Assembly: GCF_018977255.1 (NCBI RefSeq)
Contig: NW_024704742.1
Coordinates: 29,204,001-29,268,000, forward strand
Direction of reading: 5' to 3'
From: Callorhinchus milii
Lineage: Eukaryota
DNA length: 64,000 bases
Below the pieces are notes generated by a model that was not told where the DNA came from, searched no databases, and worked only from the letters and a program-made list of their open reading frames with translations. The translations under genes and the position numbers were made by a program. How positions within the stretch are numbered: the stretch's first letter is position 1; each line of letters starts with the position of its first letter. Shown here piece after piece: positions 40,140 to 51,929 of the stretch.

Positions 40140-40892
40140 GTATAATCTTAAAGGGGATGGAGAGACCTGGGGGTTCATATAAGTAAATCTTTAAAGGTGG
40201 CAGGACAGATAGATATGGGATACTAGGCTTTATAAATAGTGGCATAGAATAAAAGAGTCAGGAAGTTATGATGAACCTTTACAAAACACTGGTTAGGCCT
40301 CAACTAGAGTACTGTGTGTTCAGTTCTTTAGGAAGGATGTCAAGGCATTGGAGAGGGCGCAAAGGAGCTTTGCCAGGATGGTACCAGCAATGAGGAACCT
40401 CAGTTATCAGGAGAGGCTAGAGAAGCTAGGATTATTCTCCTTGGAGCAGAGAAGGTTAAGAGGAAACTTAATAGAAGTTTTCAAAATTATGAGGGGATTC
40501 AATAGGGCAAATAAGGATAAACTACTTCCACTGGTGGTTGGGTCAGTGACCTGAGGACACACCAATTTGAAATAGCTGTTAAAAGAAACAGAGGGGAGAC
40601 CCAGTACCTTGGGACATCCTCCAGGCGTGAAAGGCGCTATACAAATGTAATTTTGTTGTTGTGAGAAGAAATTCAAACAACAATGAGTTGTTTGAATCCT
40701 CAATGCATTGCCTGAAAGGGAGTGGAAGCCGATTCGATAACAACTTTTAAGAGAGAAGTAGACAATTATTTGGGGAGGACAAGTTTGAGGGGCTATGGGG
40801 AGAGGGATTGATTTTGATAGCTCTTTTTCAAAGAGCCGGCACAGACATGATGGGCCAAATGGCCTCCTTCTATGCTGTATAATTCTATGATT
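40140..40892 (+). mobile_element. CR1 LINE 3' part with a nested L2 tail
   Basis: LERAQRSFARMVP..SYQERLEKLGLFSLEQRRLRGNLIEVFKI; attctatgattct tail; L2 tail at about 40600-40661. Confidence 0.9.
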
Positions 40893-41246
40893 CTCTCACT
40901 GCCCTCTTTGTTTCCCTGTGCCATGTTGTACACAGGCCTCTACACATGACAAACACCATAACTAACTGCAAGGAAGTGTACAATGTAAGAATCAAGAGAC
41001 TGCATTTACTTGTGCTGGAAAACTCTCGATTATTCAGACATACAAATAAGGCATACAAATAAGATCTAGTCACAGATCTAAAAAGGAGTTTAAGAGAAAC
41101 TTCAAGCAGTGGTTGGTGAGAATGTGGAACTCATTGCCAGAAGTTATGATTGCGCCAAAAAGCATAAATGTATTTAAGAGGAATCTTGATGTATACATGA
41201 GGGAGAATAGAAAGGATTAGGAAGGGTGGAGGTTCATTTTGAATAT

Positions 41247-41449
41247 AAAGTTGTTATCGAATCGGCTTCCACCACTCTTTCAGGCAATGTATTGCAGATC
41301 CAAACAACTCATTATGAGAAGAAATTTCTTCTCAAAACAACAAAATTACATTTGTATAGCGCCTTTCATTCCGGGAGGACGTCCCAAGGCGTGGGCCTCC
41401 CTTCTGTTTCTTTTAACAGCTATTTCAAATTGGTGTGTCCTCAGGTCAC
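41247..41449 (-). repeat. Inverted duplicate of 40546-40747 (CR1 plus nested L2 tail)
   Basis: The reverse complement aligns end to end and includes the same L2-tail insertion. Confidence 0.9.
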
Positions 41450-41450
41450 C

Positions 41451-41772
41451 GAGTCCTGTAGCTCAGCCCTGCCTGGAATTGAACCCAGGTGTCTCGCCTT
41501 GCAAGTGAGACACCTGGGTTCAATTCCAGGCAGGGCGAAACCTTGGGCAAGTTTCCTTACTCCACACGCCTAATAATAATCCCTCCAAAAACAATAATAA
41601 ATTGGACACTTCAGTCCACGACTATTTGTGGGACACTGCTGTGCAAAATTGTCTGCCGTGTTTCGCCCACAAATATACTGTTGATTCACTTTAGGCATAT
41701 ACTGTGAAGTTCTTTGAGACATCTAGAAGACGTGAAAAGCGCTACATCAAATGCAATGATTATTATTATTAT
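41451..41772 (+). mobile_element. Young tRNA-derived SINE (short form) with a palindromic head
   Basis: gagtcctgtagctcag start, short-form body, (ATT)n tail; the D-arm is replaced by an inverted T-arm copy. Confidence 0.9.
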
Positions 41773-41928
41773 ATAAAAACAGGACAAACTAGTTGAGCTG
41801 AATGGCCCCGTTTCCATGCTGTATCATTTTATGCAATTCTGTACAATTCTGACAAATTTGGATCGAAAGTATAGGTTATCTCAAGCTCTTAAGAACCATG
41901 AAACCAGGTGCAAGCAACAGTCTTGCCA

Positions 41929-42461
41929 TGTTACATAACACCAGTCTGCTCTATCTCCTTCGGGGCCTGCTCTGCACTTTAGAAGAGTGTGTGTGGGGGT
42001 GTGTATGTATACCAGGCGTGCCAAACAGTCAGAAAATAATAGATACAAAGAGGGAAATTGTAAGCAGATTGGCATAGAACAGAATAGGAAAGGTTCGACA
42101 TGGAAAACGGTGAAACGCATGTGAGAAATATTTCCAGAAAGAGTAAAACTGAAAAACTAAAACAAACTAGAAGATCACAGATAAAAAGAACAAGACAAGA
42201 GAAAACATTAAGGAGAAATAAGAATAAAGAAAGTTGGCGGAAAGCTAGTAGCAGGCGATTTGCATCCAAAAGGATAGCTATTACGTTAGAGAGGAAGAGG
42301 GCCAGGAAATCTCTGGGTAGCTCAGGTGTGATCTCTTCAGGTCTAGATGTCAGTCTCGATCTTAGTCTCTGGGTTAGAAGATTGTTTATCAGGACTTGAG
42401 CTTACAGTCTAGTCTCAACACTTGAAGATTGTTGTGTTATCAGGGGTGCAATCCTCCGGAC
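41929..42461. mobile_element. Possible solo LTR
   Basis: Segment bounded by TGTTAC...CCGGACA (TG..CA) with strongly skewed composition; no target-site duplication seen. Confidence 0.25.
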
Positions 42462-43609
42462 AAAATATCAAACCAAGTTATTATCTGGCAGTTTAGGTGG
42501 GGGTTTAAGATCCCATGGCACTATTCAAAAAGAGAAGGGAGTTTCTCCCAGGGTCTTGACAACCTTCCAGGAAAAAATGGTCATTCACCTCATGACTATG
42601 GGACCTCACTGAATGCAAAATGGCTGCTATGTTTGCCAATTAAAAAAAATCACCACACTTAACAGGAATTACTGCAAAGTGCTCTTGCTAATCACAAGCC
42701 TTTTCAACGTGATTAGCCACTGTAAAAATGCGAATGCTTTCTCTCATCTTTCAGAGATAATGAAACAAATCAAAGCATAGACAATCTCCATTGAGGAAAC
42801 TAATGTTAAAAACCTCTTCAGCAGCATAAGGTCTTCCACCTAATCAGGTTGCTTTGTGGTGCAATAAGTAGGTGGCACAAAGCTGCAAAACAGAAGTAAT
42901 TCATTCAGCAATTGTTTGATTTAATAATTGTAAATTGTTTGGAATCAATCATCCACCTTTTCATGTACATGGCCCTCACCACCCGTCATTGCTGCATTTA
43001 TTTTTACACTGCACTTCGCAATTCATGACCTGGAAAGATATGAAATGACAATCTGCCTACCCATCATCAAGTGCTTGAATTGTACTTATTCAGATGGCAG
43101 GTCAACATCTGCCTTGTAATTTTATCAGAACTGTGTTGCTCTCTAAACACAACATCATTTCTGCATTGACTCTTAAAGAATTTTAAACACCTGCAGAATA
43201 GATTGAAAGGGGAGCAACATGATGTTCTGTGCCTTGCCACTGTCAATTACTGTCAAGTTATAGTGACTTGTTTGTTGTGCAAACACAGTAGCTATTTGGG
43301 GAACTTTAATATCTAACTGAGCACAAGCAGATAAGAGCTTGGTTTTGTTTATAATCCAAAAGGCACCCCTTTCAACAATACAGCACTTGCTTAAGACTAC
43401 AAGTTAAAGTCTTGACATAAACTGGCAAAGACTGGGATTTTGTCTGTGGAAGGAAGGTGGGCAAGATCTGGGGATGGGTGGACATCAGATCTAGCAATGC
43501 TTATACAAGTGCAAGGGAGACTGTGTGGAGTCCTCAGATAGTTCAAAGTCTGTGAAAGGAACAAACCTGATGGACACAATAGTGTTTTCCCATTCAATGT
43601 TCTTATGTG

Positions 43610-44160
43610 TTAGAATACACAGCACAGAAACAGGCCATTTGGCCCAACTGGTCTATGCTGGTGTTTATGCTTCACATGAGCCTCCTCCTACCCTTCAACT
43701 GAGCCCTCAAGCATAACCTTTCTCTCATGTACCCATCAAGCTTTCCCTTAAATACATTGCCTCAACAACTCCTTGTGGTAGCATGTTCCACATTCCCACT
43801 ACTCTTTGTGTGAAGAAATGTCTTCTAACTTCCCTTTTTGATCTATTTGTGACTATTTTATATTGATGGCCCCTGGTTTTGGTCTCCCCCACAAGTGGAA
43901 ATTTCTTCCCTATGTCTACCCCATCAAAACCTTTCATCATTTTAAAGACCTCTATTAAATCACCCCTTACTCTCCTCTTTTCACGAGAAATGAGTCCAAA
44001 CTTCTTAGTTCTAGGATCATCCTTGTGAATCTCTTTTGCACCCTCTCCAGTGCCTCTACATCCCTTCTATAATGTGAGGACCAGAACTGCACACAGTATT
44101 CTAAGTGTGGTCTAGCTAAGGTTAGGTAGATGTTTACCATAACTTCTATCTCTCTAGAAA
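43610..44160 (-). mobile_element. CR1 LINE 3' part
   Basis: MKGFDGVD..FPLVGETKTRGHQYKI..RRHFFTQRVVGMWNMLP. Confidence 0.9.
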
Positions 44161-44184
44161 TGAACTCAATGCATCGTTTGCTTT

Positions 44185-44432
44185 TTTTTAAATGGCAACA
44201 TTGCCAGACTCTGCCACTGCCTCACCCCTCAGGCTGCCAAAACCCTCACCCACACATTCACCACATCATGGCTCGATTATGGAAACTCCCTCCTCATCGG
44301 CCTTCCCAACTATTCCCTTCACAAGCTGCAGATCATCCAAAACTCTGCAGCTCGTGTACTCTCACACACCAGGCTCCGTGACCCCATCACTCCCACCCTC
44401 ACCCGACTCCCCATCCCTCAGAGAATCGAATT
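44185..44432 (+). mobile_element. L2 ORF2 fragment lying between CR1 pieces
   Basis: NIARL..RLDYGNS..KLQIIQNSAARVL motifs. Confidence 0.8.
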
Positions 44433-45000
44433 CCATTATATTTGCTATCATTGATGGTAAGCTGACAGGTCTATAGTTCCCTGGGCTTGTTCTATCTCCC
44501 CTTTTAAATATAGGTTTAACATTAGCTATCCTCCAGTCCTCTGGCACTACTCCCTTTTCTAATGAGTTATTATATATGTGCGATAGTGCCTCTGCTATCT
44601 CTTCCCTCGATTCTTTTAATATATGCGGATGCAATCCATCTGGACCAGAGGTTTGATCCTCTCTGAGTTTAGTTAGTTTTTCAATTATCTATCCCCTTTG
44701 TACCTTAAATGTTTTTATATTATTTTCGATCTCTTCTACTACTGTCATGTCCACCCGTCTCTGGTGAATACTGAGGCAGAGTAATTATTTAATATTTCTG
44801 CCATTTCACTGTCACAGCCTGTAAGCTTATCTTGTCCATCCCTTAGTGGCCCTATTCCTATTTAGATTTTTCTTTTGTTATTTATGTCTGTGGAATATTT
44901 TACTCTTTCTTTTTATACTTCTTGATAATTTAATAATTCCTCTTTGCCTTTTTAATTGTTTTTTTTAACTATTTTCCTGACCTTTTTGTATTCTTTTATC
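44433..45000 (-). mobile_element. CR1 ORF2 fragment (start of the RT domain)
   Basis: HPHILKESREEIAEALSHIYNNSLEKGVVPEDWRIANVKPIFKRGDRTSPGNYRPVSL. Confidence 0.9.
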
Positions 45001-45219
45001 ATGCTCTCCCTTGTTGTTTATATACTCTTATCAGGTTATGTGTTCTTATCAGGCTGATCGCTTTTTACATCGCACAAGGAAATTATCACCAGATGAAACA
45101 GACTTGGATACTTTCATTCGCCTCCAAGCAACCAGTTCAGAAACAAAACTGAAACCAGCTCAATATCTGGTTGCCCTGTTTTCTAACGCAAGGGCACATA
45201 AGATGGCAAGAAAGTAACA

Positions 45220-46142
45220 AACAACAATATTTGCATTTGATGCTGCACCTTCCTCAACAAGGCATCACTTCACAACATACATTTGTATAGCACCCCTTAC
45301 GTAGGATAATATCCCAGAGTGCTTAGGCTTAATGTAATGTGTTTGTAGGTGATCACCACAACCAATACATGCACAGCAATGTCCCACAAACAGCCATCGA
45401 GTGAATGACCAGTTTCCCCCACAAAATTCACTTTACAGTTCATTCCATAAAGTGCTTTCAGATGTCTTTGACGATGTGAAAGGTGCAATAACAAATGCTA
45501 GGATTATTATTTGGGAGATGTTGGCTAGGATACCAGGAGAAACTTCCTTTTCTTTTTGAATAGTGCTATGGGATACACTTGAACAAGCAGTCAGGATCTC
45601 AATATTAACATTTCATCTGAAGGATGCAGAGCTCTAACAATGCAGCGCTGCCCCCAGTAGTGTATTGGAGTGTCAGCCAAGAGCATGAGCTCAAAATCCA
45701 GACATACAACACTACCACCAACTTGCATTTATGTAGTGCCCTCAATGCAGGATAGTATCTCAGAGCACTTAACATTGGTGGAGCCTGACTCCGAGCCAGG
45801 GGAGGTGGCCGTAAGCATGGTTGAAGAGGAAGATTTTCAGGTGGGACTTGAAACAGGGGAGAGAGGGGCCAAGGCGGAGGGATTGAGGGAGTGTTCCAGA
45901 GTTTCAGGGCAAGTGGCTGAAAGTACGACTTCCGATGGTGGGGTGTGAGGGACGAGCAGGAGGCTGGTGCTAGTCAAGTGGAGGCGACAGGTGGTGGATT
46001 GGGAAGTGAGGAAGTCGGAGAGGTAGGGAGGTGCTAGAGTGAAGGGATTTGAATACGTGTGTGAGCATTTAAAACATGGGATTTAATCCCACAAACGTCT
46101 GACTCAGAGGTGATAGAGTGCTACCAACTGAGCCAGGCTGTC
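45220..46142 (-). mobile_element. DeuSINE-type SINE split by nested SINE and L2 fragments
   Basis: Deu core at 45520-45700, L2 insert at about 45705-46075, tRNA head at 46077-46142. Confidence 0.7.
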
Positions 46143-46334
46143 ATCTGGAATAATTATAAACAATTTTAAAAATAGGAATTTAAACATAATTTTCACAGAG
46201 GTTTGTTTAGTATGAATCTTGGGATGTTTAGTTTCACACTAAATTGTGTGAATTTCAGTGATAAAAACACTGAGGCTAATTAAATGTGAACACCATAAAA
46301 TTTTACCATTTTTGTCTTTTTCGAGAAGAGGGGA

Positions 46335-46720
46335 ATAACAGCAACAACTTGCATTTATATAGCACCCAAGGTAGCATTACTTGGCTTAGTATCTCAGAGC
46401 ACTTAACAGTGATGGAGCCCAATGCCGAGCCAGATGGAAGGGAGGAGGTGACTGCAAGCTTGGTCAAAGAAGGTCTTCAGGTGTAAGCTGAAAACAGCAA
46501 GGAGGAGTAAGGTGGAGGGATTGAGGTGGAGCAGAGGGGACAAGGGCCAAGCAGAAGGCTAGATCGGGCTGAGCAAAGGAGTGTATGAGCAGGTCAGAGA
46601 GATAGAGAAATGCCAGAGCAAGAAATGATAGTAAATGCGAGGATCTTGAAAACGATTTGTTCTGCAATAGGGAGCCAGTGGAGCCTGGCAGACAGGTTGT
46701 ACAGAGTTTTGTACAGTAGG
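46335..46720 (-). mobile_element. L2 3' fragment
   Basis: ARLHWLPIAEQIVFKIL; caacttgcatttatatagc tail. Confidence 0.75.
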
Positions 46721-47164
46721 GATACAGGGTGGAATAAAAGGATTAATAAAGCACGATAATGATGAGTTATGAAAAAGTCTTGTGACATCCGGTTTCCTTC
46801 AAAATGTTGAAGTATTCAGAAAATGCTTCCAAAGTTCACTTTAGAGCAGCAACTGACATTATCCCAGTCCTATAAAATATCACTATTGGCAACGAATACC
46901 TCGGTTACAGCACACATTTTTGATTTTTGCTTGGGGTTTTTTGACACAAGATATGTAACCCTTCCCACTTCTAAGATGAAACCAAAATACAATCAGATGT
47001 GCTCCAATTATTTTGTTTTCCTTCCATGTAGAGACATAGAGTAAGAACAATGTGGCACAGTTCAGTTTCTATGCTGAATGACCTCCATTGCACTACTTGC
47101 AAGGAGGGAGAGGAAATTGGAACAATCATTCAGTGGTGCTTTTCCACACTCCTGTATGATGGTG

Positions 47165-47520
47165 CCACAGTCTAGCTGACAACCCAGTATAGTGCTGGAG
47201 GGAACACCTCACTTTTGGAGATGCAAAACTTTGATTCAGATGTCAAACTATGGTTGCATCTGCCTGTTCATCCACGTGTTCAAGACCCCATGGCATTTCA
47301 AAAAGAGAGGGGAGTTTCTCCCACTGTTGTGGTCAACAATCTCTCCTATAAAATTGGCTATTGATTTCATAGTGTTTGTGGGACATTGTTGTGCGTGAAA
47401 TTGACTGCCGTGTCCGCAGACAAAGCGGAATCACTCCTCTTTACCATATAATACTGTGGAGTGATTTGAGAAGTCATCCTGACATGAAAGGTCCTTTCGT
47501 CGATGAAAGGATTATTTATT
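47165..47520 (+). mobile_element. DeuSINE-type SINE, 5'-truncated
   Basis: tctagctgacaacccag..ggggagtttctccc..gtttgtgggacattg; ends ggattattt. Confidence 0.7.
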
Positions 47521-47740
47521 TATGGTTGTCGGACCACACCCCAAATACACCAGCATTTTTTTAAAAACAGATTTTAAATAAAATTTAATTAAAAAATTAA
47601 TTTCTTAGAACAGCATTGTTCTTCCGTTAATACCCTCCATCACCACTGATGTATCTAATTTCTGCTGCGCAGTAGTGGAGTACATAACTTGACATGTGAG
47701 CAGTCCACAAAATAGCACTCAGGACCACAGGATTATACTA

Positions 47741-48225
47741 CAACAACAAAATCACATTTGTAAAGTGCCTTTCACATCAGGAGGACATCCCAAGGCCCTG
47801 GACAGACAGAGTTACGGACCCGAGCTGGGGGTAGGCGTGGGGGAGGAAGCAGGGAGATCAAAAGCACGGTCAAAGAGGAGGATCTTGAGATGGGTCTTGA
47901 AGGTGGCAAAGGAGGGAGCGAGACAGAGGGACTGCAGGATGGTGTTCCAGAGGGTGGGGGCAGAGTAGCAGAAGGCTTGCCCGCCAATAGTGGGGTGAGC
48001 AAGGCGAGCGGAGAGAGCGAACAGAGTGGTAGGGGGTTAGGAGGTTGGAGAGGTAAGGGGGGGAGCAAGACCGTGGAGGGCTTTGAAGGCAAGGACCAGG
48101 ATCTTGAACTGTATCCTCTGTGTGATGGGAAGCCAGTGGAGTTCGGCGAGGATAGGGGTGATAGGGTCACGGAGCCTGGTGCGGGAAAGAACATGGGCTG
48201 CAGAGTTCTGGATGATCTGTTAGAG
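47741..48225 (-). mobile_element. L2 3' fragment
   Basis: caacaacaaaatcacatttgta tail; reverse strand of the QIIQNSAA..HWLP region. Confidence 0.85.
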
Positions 48226-48229
48226 GCCA

Positions 48230-49000
48230 AAGGGACCCTCTTGGAGTCAAACAAAATGAGTAACCTCCCACAGTGGGACATGGGTAAAAAGCTCTTGGTG
48301 GAGAACCCAAAGTTGGTTTAGCAAAAAGAGCAAGCAAATCAACTGATGCCTCCAAAACAAGTAATGGCATGAAAGGAACCAAGCATAATTTAAGAGCGTA
48401 ATGGGGTGGCCTGAAATTGACATGGAAATAAAAGCATACATTGCAAATTGCATACAATGCATCCAAATTAATCCAAACAATATACCTAAAAGTATAATTT
48501 CAGAGTATGTGATTATGGGACAATCATGGAAGAGGGTCTATGTTGATTTTGTGGGACCCTTACCTAAAACAGCCAGAGATTATCAACATTTGCTTGTTTA
48601 CATGGATCACACGACCAGGTATGCATTCACATAGCCTTGGAAAATCACAGGCGATGCTGAAGGTAAAGGATGAGGTAGTCAAACCACAAAATGGGGTAAT
48701 GAAAATATTAGAATCTTATAGCTGACAATACAAGAAGTGACTCATAGTTTGGGAATTAAGCAAAATTTACATGTGCCATATCACCCGAAGAGTTCAGGCA
48801 AGGGAGAATGAATAAATGGAATTATTAAAATGCGTTCAAAAAGGCATGTGTCGGGAAAGATAAACATTGGAATGAAAGATTATTCTGGGTGTTAATGGGG
48901 CTAAATAACAGACCACTGAGTGAGAGACCAGAGCTCGCACCATTTTATCTATTTCATGGTAGACACATGATAACCCCACTTACACAGACACCACCACATA
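48230..49000 (+). mobile_element. Degraded Gypsy/retroviral-type integrase remnant
   Basis: WPEIDMEIKAYIANCIQC (H2C2 zinc finger), WKRVYVDFVGPLPK..LLVYMDHTTRY (rve start), HVPYHPKSSGKGE*INGIIK and APFYLFHGRHM; contains stops and frameshifts. Confidence 0.9.
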
Positions 49001-50624
49001 TTAACACTGTACAGTGAAGGGGGTTCCAGGAGACAATGACAGAAATGATTACAATATACAATAAGGAACACAAAAGCATTCAGAGGTATGAAGGGGAAGA
49101 TTATGTACTACGTTCCGTAGTTCTTAAAATAACACAAAAAAACTTCAAAATTAAAGACTGTAGTTAGGAATTTGATTGATTTTCAATACTCTGAAATGCT
49201 ACATTAATGGAGTAAAGCTGGAATTGCATGCCACCAATGACTGTAGAGTTGTTGCAAACAAGCTTGAGCATGGAGTTTTTTGCAGGCCTGATCCCTTTTC
49301 AATTCTGAACTAATGTTTCCATTTTGTATTAAGGGTTAGTAAACGACACACTCCTGCTCCGGAGTCATGCTCCACACTCATCGTCCCCTAGCCTGAAAAT
49401 ATTGACATGCTTAATACTGGCAAGGTACGAGACCTTGAGCTCATGTTCAGTCCTCACCATTTCTGAAAGTGACCAAGAGCTCAACTTGTCACCCAACCAT
49501 TATCGGCTGGGGCTACCGCTTGCTTTATAAGGTCAGCCTGAAGGTGCTTCCGCAAAAGAGAAGCCCAAGCATATTGCACCATTCTCTAAACAAATTGATC
49601 AGCCTTGCAGGAGTGCAGAGTCAATTTATTCAGAGGCATTCTGCTTAGGTTAAACAAGAAACAAAAGACTAGTTGATCCTAATTGGACCAGGCTGGAGCA
49701 CCTTCCAAAGAAATCAGTCTCTTACATTCACATCAACTCAAGTCCCTGCACTGTCACTTTCTTGCCAACTGGATTGATCCCCGGTCTCACAACGAGTCAG
49801 TACAAAAGAAATTAAGGACAGATAGATACAAGACCAGCATTGCGTACAATCTCAGGACCAGCAATACCTGCAGCTACCCAAATAACAGTGCCAAAAACTA
49901 AAAGCATCATCAGTCTCTCCTACACAGCAAATTGGATGATTTTTCTTTGAAAACAACTGCATCCTGAACAACTGTGATACATGGCATTTTAATGTTCCTG
50001 TTGAAAATGGATTTAACTTGAAAAATCCATTGTGGAAAATTCACTCTCCTCTCTCATCCCCAATCTGTGTTACTTGTACAAGTGCCAGATGGCACAGAAC
50101 TGTACATCTGAAAATAATAAAGTGAAAACATCTCACTATTTTCTAAAACAGCAATAAAATAAGTAATTTATTACCAACCTGGGCAGAAGCAGGCTTTCAT
50201 TTCACTCACAAACAAGGCTTGCTGTTCTTGTTAGGCCATTTTCACAATCCAGTGTAACATTGAGGATTTACCATCCTGTTCATGCTGCAGTAGGAATAAG
50301 AGGGATTCAAACTCCCTGTAGGAGGGTCACACCCAAAAAAAAACTTGCACAATAGTTCTAACTTCTTTGAACAAAACTTATTTTAACAAGGAAACTTTAA
50401 CTCTGTAACATCCAACCTCTCCATATTCTTACACTCCCAAGCCCCCTAGCTTTATACTAGTGCTTAATTATTACTTAGGGCTGGTGCCAACCTTTGTTAG
50501 CTCCCTTTACAATTAGATTGAGCAGCAATAAACATAAAAGGCAGTGACAAGGTTTATCCCCCTGTTACACTCCCTCATAAATCAATCACAACCTACGTCT
50601 GGTACATTAATAATATTCCTTATA

Positions 50625-50795
50625 AATAATCTTTGCATTTTATATAGTGCCTTATCACATCGTCGAGATATTTCAAAGTGTTTTACAGGATCTACTGTAA
50701 AGTGGAGAGACTGTATCTTGTGGGCGAGACGCAGCAGCCAATTGCACACAGCAGTGTCCCACAAACAGCCGTGGATTGAGTGACCACATTTTTTT
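50625..50795 (-). mobile_element. SINE 3' half
   Basis: aataatctttgcatt ... cagccaattgcacacagcagtgtcccacaaacag. Confidence 0.8.
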
Positions 50796-50799
50796 CACA

Positions 50800-51212
50800 T
50801 CTTTCACGTCAGAAGGACATCCCAAGACGCTGGACAGACAGTGTTTTGGACCAGAGCTAGGTGTCAGGATTGGGGAGGGTGGAGGGTAGGGGGGAAACCA
50901 AGGTGATCAAAAGCACGATCGAAGAGGAGGGTCTTGAGATGCGTCTTGAAGGAGGCAAGGGAGGGGGCAAGGTGGAGGGACTGCGGGATGGAATTCCAGA
51001 GGGTGGGGGCAGAGTGGTACAAGGCCTGCTCACCAATGGTGGGGAGGGCGAGGCGGAGGACGTGAATCAGGCCGGAGCCCTCTGAGCAGAGGGAGCGAGC
51101 AGGATGGTAGGGGGTCAGGAGATCACAGAGGTAGGGGGAAGCAAGACTATGGAGGGCTTTAAAGGTGAGGACCAGGATCTCAAACTCTATTCTCCCCTGT
51201 GATGGGAAGCCA
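50800..51212 (-). mobile_element. L2 3' fragment
   Basis: RIEFEILVLTFKALHSLASPYLCDLL..APTLWNSIP. Confidence 0.9.
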
Positions 51213-51479
51213 TCAATTAGTATACAGAGCTGCATTCACGTGACTTATTCTCCAGAGGCACTCTTATTAATTTTAGTTACCTTACCTGGTTAATGTGCAA
51301 ACTTCCTGATGATCAGAATTCGAGTTGCCCGATTTCACATACAATCAGTATATTAGTGAATGTGAGCCAGGTAAAATATGATACATGTTTATTGCATTTT
51401 TATTTCTTGAAAAATATCAGTGTTAATTGTTTTTGATCAATAGATATTTGTGGCCAACCAGGTTGATGAGAAAAATAAT

Positions 51480-51915
51480 AATAATCCTTGCAGTTGAATT
51501 AATCACCACATGTCTCCAGCGTGTCCTATCTGATAAATAATGACTCAAAACATCTCAAAGCGCTTCACTGAGTTTCCTGTAAAGTGGATTGCATTTGAAA
51601 GCGAACTGTATTTGTACGTGAACACAGCAGACAATCTACGCACTGTAATCAGCCATAAAATAGATTACCAATTTTATCTGGAGGATTGTTGGTCACCCTC
51701 TCTTTCTTTCTGAATTGTTTCCCTGGATCTTTGTCGCCCACCGGAACAGAAAGACAAGACCTCAATTTAACATCTCATTCAAAAGACGGCATCTCCAAAA
51801 AAGCAGTCGCTTCCTGACATTGTACTGCAACAGCTTCCATTTATATAGCGCCCTTCATTCGGAGTAGGATCCCAGAGCACGTAACTGTACTGGAGTGTCA
51901 GCCTAGACTGTGATC
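51480..51915 (-). mobile_element. DeuSINE-type SINE lacking its head, with a nested short L2 tail
   Basis: Reverse Deu motifs; insert flanked by TGTACTG at about 51821-51827 and 51886-51892. Confidence 0.75.
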
Positions 51916-51929
51916 TGTGAATTCCTGCC

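Noticed and set aside
45052..45217. Possible plus-strand exon (ADRFLHRTRKLSPDETDLDTF..)
   Set aside because: Weak donor, wedged between repeats, and no recognisable homology.
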